Positions 50,441-61,986 of a stretch of 64,000 nucleotides of DNA are shown here, in pieces (positions within the stretch are counted from its first letter, which is position 1; each line of letters starts with the position of its first letter). Where the stretch lies: contig NC_087436.1 in the NCBI RefSeq assembly GCF_036321535.1, positions 106,766,001 to 106,830,000 of the forward strand, read 5' to 3'. This DNA is from Camelus dromedarius (taxonomy: Eukaryota). The translations under genes were made by a program, and so were the position numbers. Below the pieces are notes generated by a model. That model saw only the letters and a list, made by a program, of their open reading frames with translations, did no database searches and was not told the origin of the DNA.

Positions 50441-53322
50441 TCATACATTGAGAAGAAGAAAAAGTTTTGAGAGGAAATTCAGATATTCAGGAGGATCAAG
50501 AAAAAGAAAAGAGCAAATGTGTAAGTATATTAAACACAGGTTGTTAAAAAGAGTATGAATATTGTCCAATGAATATGGTTTAAAAGATAAATCCAGATAA
50601 TATGAAAACTCTAGCCAAAAGCATGTATGTTGGAAGGAAGTGATTAGAGTTGATACATTCTGCATTATTTTAAATTATTTGAATTGTTAAAAATTCCAAG
50701 GGTGAAATATAAAAGAGTATATAAAGTTCATAACTTTAAAGGGAAAAAAACTGGGAGTCAGGAAGCCCACCAAAAATCAATCAGTAAAAGAAAAAAGGGG
50801 GAGTGGAAATAAATTAAAATCAACTAGAACAAATTAAAATACAAGCTTATCTCATAGAAATAAAATAAAAGATTTAGGTTGTCACAATTGAGGTTTGTGG
50901 ATGAACTGATCAGTAAAAGTCAAAGATTTTTATTACTAGGTTAAAAAAAAGACTTCTGGTATATACTATTAAAATAAATACAGCAAAACATTCAGAAAAA
51001 TGCAGCACAATTTTAAGTAAATAAGGGGAAAAATTATAAACCCAAATATAATCATATATTGTATAAGTATATTAATATAAGGCAAAATAATTTTAAGTCA
51101 AGAAACTTTACTAGACATAAGGAGAATCAATACAGAACAATTTTCACTAAATCAAAAAGTTATAAAAATTCTAAATTTGTAATTCCTACTAATGTATCTT
51201 GAATCAAAGAAGCATTTATGAAAAAAATAAGAGAGCACAATTTGGCTGAAAACCAAAGTCCAAGAAATTTTTAGAATTAGATTCATTTGAAACATAATCT
51301 TTGATCAAATGCAATTAAGCTAGAAATAAAAACCAAAGATATGACTGAAAGCTTCTCTATAGTTAGAAATTTTAAAATATATTTTTAAAAATATAATTTT
51401 GGAAAAACTTAGAGTCAAAGAGAAATCATAATGGAAATCCAAAAATACATTAAACAATAGTGCAAATACTGGAAACCAAATTTTGTGGTGGTCAGCTAAA
51501 TGCCACAGTCATTTGAGAGCAATATATAGCTTTAAATAGTTATATTAGGAAGAAGAAAACTTGAAAATTAACACATTAAGCATGTATTCTAAGTTACTAA
51601 GCAAAGAAGAGAATAAACTCAAAGAAAGAATAAAAAACATAAATAAAAATTATGGCAAAAATGATGAAATAGGGAAAAAAGGATGTTGTTTTAGAGGTTT
51701 TAAGACCATAAAAAATAGTTAATTGAAAAAGGTTAATGAATATACACGTATAATGACAACATAACTGAGGATGCAGTTGAAACTGAAAAGATAATTAAAT
51801 ATTATCAACTAAAAATAGGAAAAGTGGAAAACTAAAACTGCTGCAGAAGAAACAGACTACCTGGGTCATCTGTAACTATTAAAGACAGAAGCCAAGAGTT
51901 AAAAACATTTTCTCATAAAGGGAGCAGTAAGTCCAAATGTTTTTCTCTGTGAATTCTATCAACAATTCAAGGAGCAGACAATTTCAACCTTTTGCAAAGT
52001 ATATCTGAAAATAAAATAATAGGAGAAAACATTCAATTCATTTTATGAACCTATTGTAAACCTGGTATCACATCTAGAGAAAGGGAATTAGAAATGAAAA
52101 TTATAGGCTGGTCTTACTTTGAATATCAATGGAAAAACACTAAAGAGCATATCTGCACCCCCAAATCCAGCAGTCTGTAAGAAAGATATTATATCCTACC
52201 CAACCTGCTTGCAAAACAGCAAGTTTGATTCAACATTAGACAACCTCCACTGTAATCATCCACAGTAGCAGTAGATAGAGAAAAGTCACATAATCATTTC
52301 CATAGAAGCCTAAGTAAATCTGTGATAGAATTCAACAACATATATATATAGATATATATAAATTCAGCAAACTAGGGATAAAAGTAAACCTCCTTAACCT
52401 GATAAAGGAAATCCAAGAATATTCAAACAAATTATTAAAATATATAAAATTTAGCAGTATTTCCTGATACAATATCAATATATAAAATTCAATGTTTGTA
52501 TAAATCAACACTATTTTCTATATATAATATTTATACACAGATATAATATCAATACATACACTCAATTCAATACATAAAATTTGATTTTACTTGTATAGAT
52601 CAGTACGAATTTTTATTAGAAACAAATACGTACACAAAAATGTACCTAGGAGCAAAATAATGCATAAGAATTTAAAGGAGAAAATTATAAAAGTTTACAG
52701 AAAAATGGAAAATGAAACAAAAATAATGTACAAAAATACCATGTTCATATGAGAAAATATTCAATATCTTAAAGGTAACTTCTTCCCAAAGTGGTCCAGA
52801 GATTAATGGGAATTCAAAAAATTATCTCACAGAATTATTGACAAGCTGAGTTTACAATATAAATAATAGAATAAAGGACTAAAAACAGCTAAGACATTTC
52901 TAAAGAAGGACCAGAGGAGAATCTGTGCTGTCCCAGATATAAAAGTTTACTATCAATTTACATAAAAATTAAGACAATATTTTATGAGCCCAGGATAGAC
53001 GGGTCGTACCATGTCCACATATGTAAAAGCCTAACGCATGCCATTACATCCATGGCATTATCAGTGGTGAGAGATGGGCTAAATGATAAATGGCATGCTC
53101 ATTTAAAAAAAAGAAAAAAAAGAAAAAAGAATGAATCTTTCCCTAATATCTTATACAAAACAGAATTCCAGATAGATCTAGTATTTAAACATGGATATCT
53201 AACTTTACAAAGGAAAGTTAGAATAACATTTTTGTGACTAAACTTGAAAAAATATTTATTTAAAAAGATAAAAAGGAGAAAACCATAAAAGAAAAGCTAA
53301 ACTAAAATTAAGCTCTGTTTCT

Positions 53323-53654
53323 ATAAAATAGATAACAACAGGTTTCTTCTGTATAGCACAGGGAACTATATTCAGTATCTTGTAGTAACCTATAATGAAA
53401 AAGAATATGAAAATGAATATATGTATGTATAAGTATGACTGAAACATTATGCTACACACCAGAAACTGACACAACATTGTAAACTGACTATACTTCAATT
53501 AAAATAAAATAAAATAAAATAAAATAAAATAAAATAAAATAAAATAAAACACTGCACAGAATTGCCCAAGTTGTCATGGATCTGACCAAATTTATGAAAA
53601 TAAAAGGAATCATCCACTTAGGTTATTTCTACAAAAAAAAAAAAAAAAAAAAAG
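53323..53654 (+). mobile_element. Camelid-type L1 3' end with 83-bp 3' transduction
   Basis: L1 3'UTR 53323-53499, (TAAAA)10, unique 53550-53632 with AATAAA, A21; 18-bp TSD AAATTAAGCTCTG(T/C)TTCT at 53305-53322/53655-53672. Confidence 0.9.
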
Positions 53655-54959
53655 AAATTAAGCTCTGCTTCTCAAAAGACACCATACAGAGATTGAAAAA
53701 AGAAAGCACAAACTTGAAAATGCTGTTTGCAATATATAAAACCAGAAAAGGAATAGTATAAGAAAATGATAACCTATTTTTTAAATCAATAGGAAAACAA
53801 CAAACAATCTAACGTAAAAATGGAAAAAACACCTGAACGAACATTTCAGAATAGGGGAAACATAAATGGACCCCAAATCATATGAAAATATCCTTAACTT
53901 TTTTAGAAATCAGAGGTCAGCTAATTAAAAGCATCACTTTTGTAACATTGCAACATCTGAAAATACTCTTAAGCAAGTGAAGCATTCACTGAAAGTGGGG
54001 ATGCAAACTGAAATAATGACTTTGGAAAACAATTTTGTCATTTTTAGTAAGCTTGAGAATATGGGATGACTCAGCATTTCTGCCTTCCAGGACACATAGC
54101 CTTGAGAAAATTTCCTATATATTTACCAGAAGAGATATAAATGAATATCTGTAGCAGTATTACATTTAATAGAAAAAAAATCACTCATTGACAGTGGAAC
54201 ACATAAATAAATAGTGGGCTATTCATTCAATGGAATACGACAGTGAATATGAACTAATTCATTCAATGGAATACAAAAGTGAAGATGAATTAATACGATA
54301 TAGAACAATCTCAAAGTCTGATGTTGTGTGACAGAAGCAAGTCATCATAGGAAATATAGAATGTTTTCCCATGTACTTAATGTTCAAAACCAGCTAAAAC
54401 CAAACAATACATATTTAGGGGTAAATACATATGTGATAAAAATGTTAAGAAAAAATTATGGAATTATTAGGACAAAAAATTCAGTTACCTCTGATGGTGA
54501 TGAAATTAAATGTGTAGTAGAAGGATGTGTGGGAATTTTCCAGGTAATTTTTAAGCTTGGTGTTAGGTACAGGGATGTTTATGTTCATCTATTTCATTAA
54601 GGTGCTCTAACATGTACTAGATACATAGTTATATACTCTCGTTGATATATGTGATATATTTCCCAATTATACAGTGAAAAATTACTCTTCTCTTCTACCA
54701 GAGCTTATTTTCATCCCTTGAACATTGAGCATTAAAACCATTTGTTGTTTTGTACCCTCCTAAATACTTCCTAATACTTCACGACAAAGCAACAGGAAAG
54801 AACACTCTCCTTCAGCAATGTGATATCCTCCCAAGATGTCCCTGGAGTGCCAAGACATCTTTATTTATAAAGTATATGGGAACGTCAACCTACTCCAGTA
54901 TTGACTGACTCTCACCTACTAGCTGTTTTGCTATATAATCTCTACATCTATTTCATTAA

Positions 54960-55080
54960 GTAACATATGCTCTGAGATGTTATTATTTCCATTTTTACTT
55001 GAAGAAACAGAGAACTAAGGGTCATCCATATACAGAGCTGTGATTTGAGGCCAGGTTGGTTTGACACCAAGTGTACATTT
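54960..55080 (-). mobile_element. MIR fragment
   Basis: TTATTATTTCCATTTTTACTTGAAGAAACAGAG...CAGAGCTGTGATTTGAGGCCAGG. Confidence 0.6.
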
Positions 55081-56029
55081 CCATTCGCGCCCTCTCCTCA
55101 CAAATTTAGCATGTACTTGTGACACCTTGAGATACTGAGCTGCCTGAGAGAAAGAACTGTGTCTCTTCACCTTCATAGCCTTTAACTGTGAGCACAGATT
55201 AGGTTCTGTGTGCTCAGTAAATGCTCAGTTAATGCTTCATTATCACTGAGAGTTTTAGGATTGGTGTTTTTGGCCCATGTATTTATAATAAGGTATAATG
55301 GCCAGAACAAGGGAAGCACATTTTAAATTATTCAATTCAATGATCTCAAATTATATTTAAGTAAACTGAGGCCTGAAGTGTTTAATGAGCATGTCCACGA
55401 CATGATATCCATAGAACTCAGTGGGACATCCATCTTTGTATCTCTCTTCTCCCAATCTCCTTGTTCAAACACCTCCTTCTGTGGATTTGGCTACTTTTTC
55501 CACGTGAAGTTGGATAGGATCCAGCATAAGATTTTAAGACAGATCTGTTTGTCCAATCCACTCCCTGACTTAGGTGTTTTCCTTTGTGAATAGAGCTGAG
55601 GACATTTTAATTAATTTATTATGTCCCTTCAATTAGGGGACCCAATTAATAATTGAAATGGGTTTTTAATTGGTTTATATCCTCTAGGGTATCATATTAA
55701 TAACATAAATAAACTAACAGGTTTGCATTAAATTAGGATTCATCTATATGCATATCTGTTGCCTCCCAATACATTATCTATTCTTAACCTCCAAAATTGA
55801 ATGTAACTTTTTAAACAGAGGTGTCCTGATGCACTAGTTTTCTTGTTGTTATTGTTCCACTTTGAAGCAAGGTCATAAGTATTTTCAAGTTGAGATGAAA
55901 AATGTTGACATTATTTCTATTTTTGTCACTAGCTTCATGATTCCCCCAGTTCTCCAGTCTTTTAATGTCGAAATCACCTTTGAGTTGTCTCTCTACTTCA
56001 GCCTTCTATCTAACCATAGACCTATGTAC

Positions 56030-56150
56030 CATAACAGAGAAGCAGATTCTTAAAGAACACTGGTTTTTAGCCAACAAAGCTGAAAACCAGAGAGGTTATA
56101 CAGCATGCCCAAGCTCACACAGCAAGCTAATAATAAGGACAGTGGTTGCT
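56030..56150 (-). mobile_element. MIR fragment
   Basis: CAGAGAGGTTATACAGCATGCCCAAGCTCACACAGCAAGCTAA. Confidence 0.6.
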
Positions 56151-56607
56151 ATGTAGACATCTTACAGATTTTTCTCTCAAATGTCATTTGCTTTGGCCCT
56201 TTCATCCCTTTGGGATGTCACTACACAAGGTTACACTTGGATTGGTCTTCCCTTCTCTCAAAAATAACTTAATTTATTTTTTTAAATCAAATTTCTTTCT
56301 GTTATTCCCAGCAGTTGGCAGAATATCCAGGATAATCGTGTCTCTATTACACTTTTTTTTTTTTTTTTTTGCAGTAAACGACCCAAAGTCTTCTAGAATT
56401 TTATCTTGCCTGTTGCATTCAGTTTATGCACCCTCAGCAGGGCATTCAAGTACAATCCACCCCTGAATGCTTGATCTCAATTTACTTTTCCAGCACCGTT
56501 CCTGATGTATCCCTTACACAAATTCTCTTCCATCAGTAGCTATCATCTTTATCATTGACTCACACTCGCTTTCTTCCTTGCCTCCAGTCCTAAAGGTTTT
56601 TCTAACT

Positions 56608-56769
56608 CAGTGGTTTTCAAACTGTAGTCTTCAGACTATGATCTGGGAACTTGGTACACATGCTAATTCTTGCCCTTGTTCCTCACTAATTCTGAGGGTA
56701 AGCTCTAGCACTCTGTTTTAACAAATTCTCCAGATGATTCTGATGTACATTAAAATTTGAGAACCACTG
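56608..56769. mobile_element. hAT-Charlie MITE (MER5A-like), complete
   Basis: Terminal inverted repeats CAGTGGTTTTCAAAC / ATTTGAGAACCACTG; 8-bp TSD TTCTAACT/TTTTAACT (56600-56607/56770-56777). Confidence 0.9.
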
Positions 56770-57081
56770 TTTTAACTCATTGGATGTAGAAAGGATTCCT
56801 AACCAAATCTTACAAGTCTTTTAAGACTCCATGTTTTCCTTAAATGGCAAAATGAGGCCCTTTCTAACACTCATACATACATCAAACTCTTCCTTTCACA
56901 GAATCAGATTTTCTCTGTCTGGGATACAGTCCTTGTAATTCCCAAGTGAAAACTGAGGGCAAGCTGTCTAGTCTTTATTTCTGGTTGTTCTTCCACATAA
57001 TGCCTCACACTTGTCAGTGCATCAGTAAATGCTTACTGAGTTACTAGAGGCAGCAATAATGATGGTGACAATAATAATTAT

Positions 57082-57610
57082 TATAGTGGATACTTGTCCT
57101 GTTTGTGGTCTAATGGCATCTTTGCCATATTCTTTCTAAGTTAGGAAATTCCTTTTATTGTAGATTCTACTTTCTCAAAATAAAAGACCAAACTCACCCA
57201 CTTTCTCTTATAGCCAGTGAGTAACTCTACCGATAGAAGGCCTGAAGGACCTAGTGACGCAGGAAGGAAGGGATGGCGAATTCCATTCATCTCTAACAGT
57301 GGTGGCAGTAGCAATGGCGATCTGTTGAGTTCCTGGCAAAGAGGAGGCCTTGGTGTTAGAGGCACCTGCAGGAAATTCAAGTTCCTTGGAAACGGCAAGT
57401 TCTAAGAGGACAGTGGTACCCAGTGTTCTATGACGGCTCTAGCAGTTTGCTTCCTTTTCTCATCAATTGAATTCCCAGAAGATTAGCATTTATTCTAATT
57501 CCCCAGCCTGCTGAGTGATTCTGTGGAGAACCCAATACCATTCAATAAACCAGTATTCTTAAACCAGAGTCAGCGTTTGTTGCCTACATGGTAGACCCCT
57601 GATGGACGCA
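57082..57610 (+). mobile_element. Old ERVL-type solo LTR (LTR33/LTR41-like)
   Basis: 3' end GATTCTGTGGAGAACCCAATACCATTCAATAAA...CCAGAGTCAGCGTTTGTTGCCTAC...CCCTGATGGACGCA. Confidence 0.6.
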
Positions 57611-58114
57611 GCGATAATAATCACTGTTTTATTTCATTGAGTAGTTGAACTGTCTGTTGAGCTGCCTCTGCTTCCCAAATATAACAGAAAGTTGACTAAT
57701 CCGAAAAGACAAAGATTGCAGGATAAGTCATATCTGTTTGCCTTCTGTCAGGCCTCCAGAGATGGATATGAATATCTGACACTCTCACTGTTCCTGAGGG
57801 ACAGCACGTGGTAAAGGCTGACACACTCTTTTGTTGTAAACCACGTCATCATTCCTCCAGGGGACAACGGGCACGGCCAGCTACCACGTGTGCCTGGGTG
57901 TTGCTGAGGTCTTTCCTTTGTCAGCTCACAGTTCCAATCTTTAAGGTCAAGGGTCTGTGCTCTTGGCACACCTTAGATGGGTAAAAGGACACATTCACAT
58001 ACCAAAGTTCAGACAGCACGACTGGGAAAATCACCCATCTGACCCAGAGAACTTCTCTCCTTGGAAAATTACCAAATCATATCCAGTTCTAAAAATCTCA
58101 CTTGGAATGGTCTC

Positions 58115-58290
58115 GCATGAACCTTAATTCGATGTTCACAACACTCTGAGGTGGGTCCAGGTGTGTCATCCTCACTTCAGGGATGCAGCTCGGAAAGATA
58201 AAAATCAAGGCCATGGTCACAGAGCACAGTGTTAGCAGAACTGGGATTTAATTTCATGTTGATCTGATTTGACAGCCTTTATTCTTCCTG
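58115..58290 (-). mobile_element. MIR SINE
   Basis: TTCACAACACTCTGAGGT...CCATGGTCACAGAGC...GCAGAACTGGGATTT. Confidence 0.6.
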
Positions 58291-58399
58291 CTAAAAATAC
58301 TGTCTTGCAAGGACGGTCTCCTCTCTACGCTTTTTCTGAACACTCCTCTCTTTCTCCTCCCTGGATCCTACTGAGCACACTCTCCTTTAAGCCCTAAAT

Positions 58400-58590
58400 A
58401 TAATTCTGCTGACATGCACAAAACACTTTATCACTCCCATTTGTTTACATGCATACCTCCCTATCTGAACTATAAGATACAGAGAGCACAGATTATGCTT
58501 TATTCTTCTCTATTTCCTGTGTTCCATGTAGTGCATGGATGGTAGTAGTTGCTCAGTAAATATTTATCACGTGAATAGATGGGTGAATAA
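58400..58590 (+). mobile_element. L2 3' end
   Basis: ACTATAAGATACAGAGAGCACAGATTATG...GTAGTTGCTCAGTAAATATTT. Confidence 0.6.
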
Positions 58591-59446
58591 AAGCAGAGGG
58601 AAAAAATTCAATGTTGAATAGGTAACCATGACCTCTTCACTTAGCATTCCCCCAAACCACACAATTCAAAGGGAGGCGAGTGCTCTGGCACAGCCCCCTG
58701 CACCAGGGTGGACTCACGATGGCCCACTTTGGAGAAAATAACTATCCTCTTTGAGATTATTGCTCATAACCCCCAACTACTCAAAACATCCCAGTGCAGC
58801 TGGCATGCTTGGCTACCATCTAGATCCTTCCTAGTACCACACACGTGGCCCTTTCGTTACTGACAAGGGGGCCCTGGGACCACACACAAAAAAGCTCTGT
58901 GTGGAGGCCAAAGTGGCAATACTGCTGTTCTGTTGCAGCCGAGGGCATCTTCATTTGGGGAAGGACTTCTTCCTTTCTTTCATATTTTTTATCGAAGTAT
59001 AGTCAATTTACAATGTTGTGTTCATTTCTGGTGTACAGCATAGTGATTCAGTTATACATATATACATATGTATATTCTCTTTCACATTATTTTTCATTAT
59101 AGGCCATTACAAGATATTGAATATAGTTCCCTGTGCTATACAGCAAGAACTGGCTGTTTATCTATTTTATATATAGTTGTTAGTATTTGCAAAACTCAAA
59201 CTCCTAATTTATCCCCCTCCCTTCCCTTTCCCCCTGGTAACCTTGTTTGTTTTCTATGTCTGTGAGTCTGTTTCTGTTTTGTAAATAGGTTCATTTGGGT
59301 CATTTTTAGATTTCACATATAAGTGATATCATATGGTATTTTTCTGTCTGTTTCTGGTTTATTCCACTTAGTATGACAATCTCTAGGTCCATCTGTGTTG
59401 CTTCAAATGGCATTATTTTATTCTTTTTTATGGCTGAATAGTATTC

Positions 59447-59448
<2 letters not shown>

Positions 59449-59496
<48 letters not shown>

Positions 59497-59514
59497 CTAT
59501 CTATCTATCTATCT
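59449..59514. repeat. (TG)n(TATC)n compound microsatellite
   Basis: Directly visible. Confidence 0.95.
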
Positions 59515-59614
59515 CACAAATTCTTTATCCGATTATCTGTCAATGGACATTTAGATTGAATCCATATCTTGTTTATTGTAAATATTACTGCTGTGAACAT
59601 TGGGACGCATATAT

Positions 59615-59935
59615 ATATATTTTTAATTGAAGTATAGCCTGTTATAATGTGTCAATTTTGGGTGTACAGCACAATGTTTCAGTCATACATATGCATATAT
59701 ATATTCATTTTCATATTTTTTCATTATAGGTTACTAGAAGATACTGAATATAGTTCCCTGTGCTATACAGAAGAAATGTTTTATTTAGTTAATATATATA
59801 TAGTTAATATCTGCAAATCTCAAACTCCCAATTTTTCCCTTCCCACCCCTTTTTTCCCTGGTAACCATAAATTTGTTTACTATGTCTGTGAGTCTGTTTC
59901 TGTTTTGTAGATAAATTCATTAGTGTCTTCTCTTT
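59615..59935 (-). mobile_element. Nested camelid-type L1 3'UTR
   Basis: Second TTTTTAATTGAAGTATAG...GAATATAGTTCCCTGTGCTATACAG...TATGTCTGTGAGTCTGTTTCTGTTTTGTAGATAA inside the outer L1. Confidence 0.88.
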
Positions 59936-60435
59936 TCAGTTTAGAGTTTCCTCTGGATGTATGCCCAGGAGTGGGATTGCTGGATCATATGGTAAGTCTA
60001 CTTTTAGTTTTTTAAGGAATCTTCATAGTGGCTGCACCAAACTACATTCCCATCAACAGTGTAGGAGGGTTCCTTTTTCTCTACACCTCCACATTGTCTC
60101 CAGCATTTATTAGGGAAGGATTTCTTAATATTAAACTTTGACTGACAGTCTCCATAAAGGGGTTGTCAAGGCACTTTTCAAAGCCTCTGAGTCACTTGCT
60201 TGCATGAGATGGTGTCTGGGCTCTAGAGATTGGCATGGAACCAGCAATATATACTGTGGCCCTTCAGGGGGTTAAAACATGCAACCATTGTGATTATATG
60301 AAATTAAAAACAAGGAAATGACCATGGAATCTGACTGCATTGCTTTCCACTTGGTAGAATCCAATTTGTAATTTTCAGGGTAAAAAAAATACCATTCTCC
60401 CTCTTTCTTTCTTTTCTTTAAGAGAGGTGGCAGAG

Positions 60436-60571
60436 AGGGAGGGTATAGCTTAGAGGTAGAGCATATGCTTAGCATGCAAGAGGTCCTGGGTTCAATCCCC
60501 AGTATCTCCATTAATCATTAATCAATCAATCAACCAACCAACCTAATTACCTCCCCACCCTGCCCCCCAAA
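60436..60571 (+). mobile_element. tRNA-Ala(AGC)-derived SINE (camelid vic-1-like)
   Basis: Pol III A box TAGCTTAGAGGT, anticodon arm TGC-TTAGCAT-GCA, B box GGTTCAATCCC, tail AACCTAATTACCTCCCC; 13-bp TSD AGAGGTGGCAGAG (60423-60435/60572-60584). Confidence 0.9.
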
Positions 60572-60589
60572 AGAGGTGGCAGAGTCGAG

Positions 60590-60790
60590 GAGATGGTGCA
60601 CAGGCTTTGAATTCAAAAAACCAGGGTCTAATATTGGCTTCCTTTCTCATTCATTGTTGACCTTTGGAAAGTTACTCCCCACCCCCGAGACTCCAATTTC
60701 TCTTCTTCAAAACCCGTGTCTTCCTCTCACTCTGCTAGTGAGGATTAAATGAGATGATAATGCATGAAGTCTCTGCTGCATTATAGCAAC
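60590..60790 (+). mobile_element. MIR SINE
   Basis: CAGGCTTTGAATTCA...TGACCTTTGGAAAGTTACT...GTGAGGATTAAATGAGATGATAATGCATG. Confidence 0.75.
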
Positions 60791-61669
60791 TCAGTGTAGC
60801 TTGTGTTTTATGCTTTATTTCTTATTTATTCCTGGTTTCTTTGTGTCCTCCTTTCTCCTTTATCTCAGCACAGATGTGCTTGGTGTTCCATTGGGGTTGA
60901 CCTGCAGGCATTTCTAAAAGAGAAACTAGGAGCCAAGGGAAAATGAGAATTTATCAGTTATGCAATGAAATCTTTCCTCCAAGGATGAACATTCTATAGG
61001 CAGGATAAAGGACTCCACAGGGACCCGGGCAGATTGAAACAGCTGTACACTGAGGAGGCTCACACTGGGAGAAGACATTTCCTTTAAAGTGTTCCTGCAT
61101 CTTCAAAGCACAACATTGAAGGAGGCCAAATGACGTTCCCTCTGCTGCGTGAGGCTGGGACATCAGCATTACCCTTGCCACATGTGTGAAAAGGGCTTTG
61201 GTGATCTGACAGTGGCTTTATGTGCAGCGACTTCCTTCTGGTCCTGGACCATAAGCAATTTGTGCAATGCAAATGAAACAGACTATTTTACTTCTAATTT
61301 TCCTCTGTGTGGGCATCCCTGGTCCACAGGGAGGTTGGTCATCTTTGATGTGGGGAAAGTTTACTATTTGTGGGGAGAACCAGGGATCTGGTTACTTCTA
61401 GGTAAATGAGTATTAAAGACCTTTGTGTCAGTAAGTGTTCTATACCAGAGCTAGACCCAGACCTGTCCAAGTGCACAGCTGAGTGGGTCTTTACATATGT
61501 ATGCATAACTCCAGAGAAGAATATTATTTTATATTTGAGACTAAATATTTCTTTCTGTAGATTTGGACAGTTTCCAGAATCTTTAAATAGAACAGTGACT
61601 TGTGCTTGCCTCTCAGAATTCCCCATCACTGTGAAGTAATTTGATTCTCTGAGTTCCTCTCTAAAGTTG

Positions 61670-61745
61670 GATGGGGCAGAGAAGTCCATTTTACAGATGA
61701 GAAGAGTGAGGCTCAGAGAGAGTGCCATCTGTCTACAATGTAGCA
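61670..61745 (-). mobile_element. MIR core fragment
   Basis: CCATTTTACAGATGAGAAGAGTGAGGCTCAGAGAG. Confidence 0.7.
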
Positions 61746-61778
61746 TCAGCATCAGAACCACCACCAATACCTACCTCA

Positions 61779-61986
61779 CCAAAGCGGGCACAGATTTTGT
61801 GGGCCCCAGAGCTTAATTCTATATGAATAGAAATTAAAAAAAAAATTTCTACTTTGTAAATTTTAGAAAATTATCCTGCGACCATAAGAACGTATGTATA
61901 GGGCCTCTCCCAGGACCACGGATGGAACCTGGGACAGTGAGGGCCTGGAGTGCGGGCTTCCGGGTCTTCATAGTAAATCATTTCTG
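61779..61986 (-). mobile_element. hAT-Tip100 non-autonomous element (Arthur1/MER69-like)
   Basis: TTTTGTGGGCCCCAGAGCTTA...CTTTGTAAATTTTAGAAAA...TAGGGCCTCTCCCAGG...AGTGAGGGCCTGGAG...CTTCATAGTAAATC resembles both Arthur1 ends. Confidence 0.7.

Larger units (their letters stand above)
48700..54670 (+). mobile_element. Old L1 (L1ME-like) ORF1-ORF2-3'UTR relic with younger insertions
   Basis: Colinear L1 landmarks GCAATTAAGCTAGAAAT (51311), TTCAATTCATTTTATGAAC (52032), CCATGTTCAT (52739), CTTCTCAAAAGACACCAT (53668), and 3'UTR-like sequence to about 54670. Confidence 0.75.
58972..60112 (-). mobile_element. 5'-truncated camelid-type L1 containing a second nested L1 3' end
   Basis: Reverse L1 3'UTR/ORF2 end; 14-bp TSD GGGAAGGA(C/T)TTCTT (58958-58971/60113-60126); cleavage context TT|AAGAAA on the element strand. 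Confidence 0.92.

Noticed and set aside
60436..60510. Apparent tRNA-Ala gene
   Set aside because: Has a SINE tail and TSD and substitutions in the tRNA-like head; it is a SINE, not a tRNA gene.
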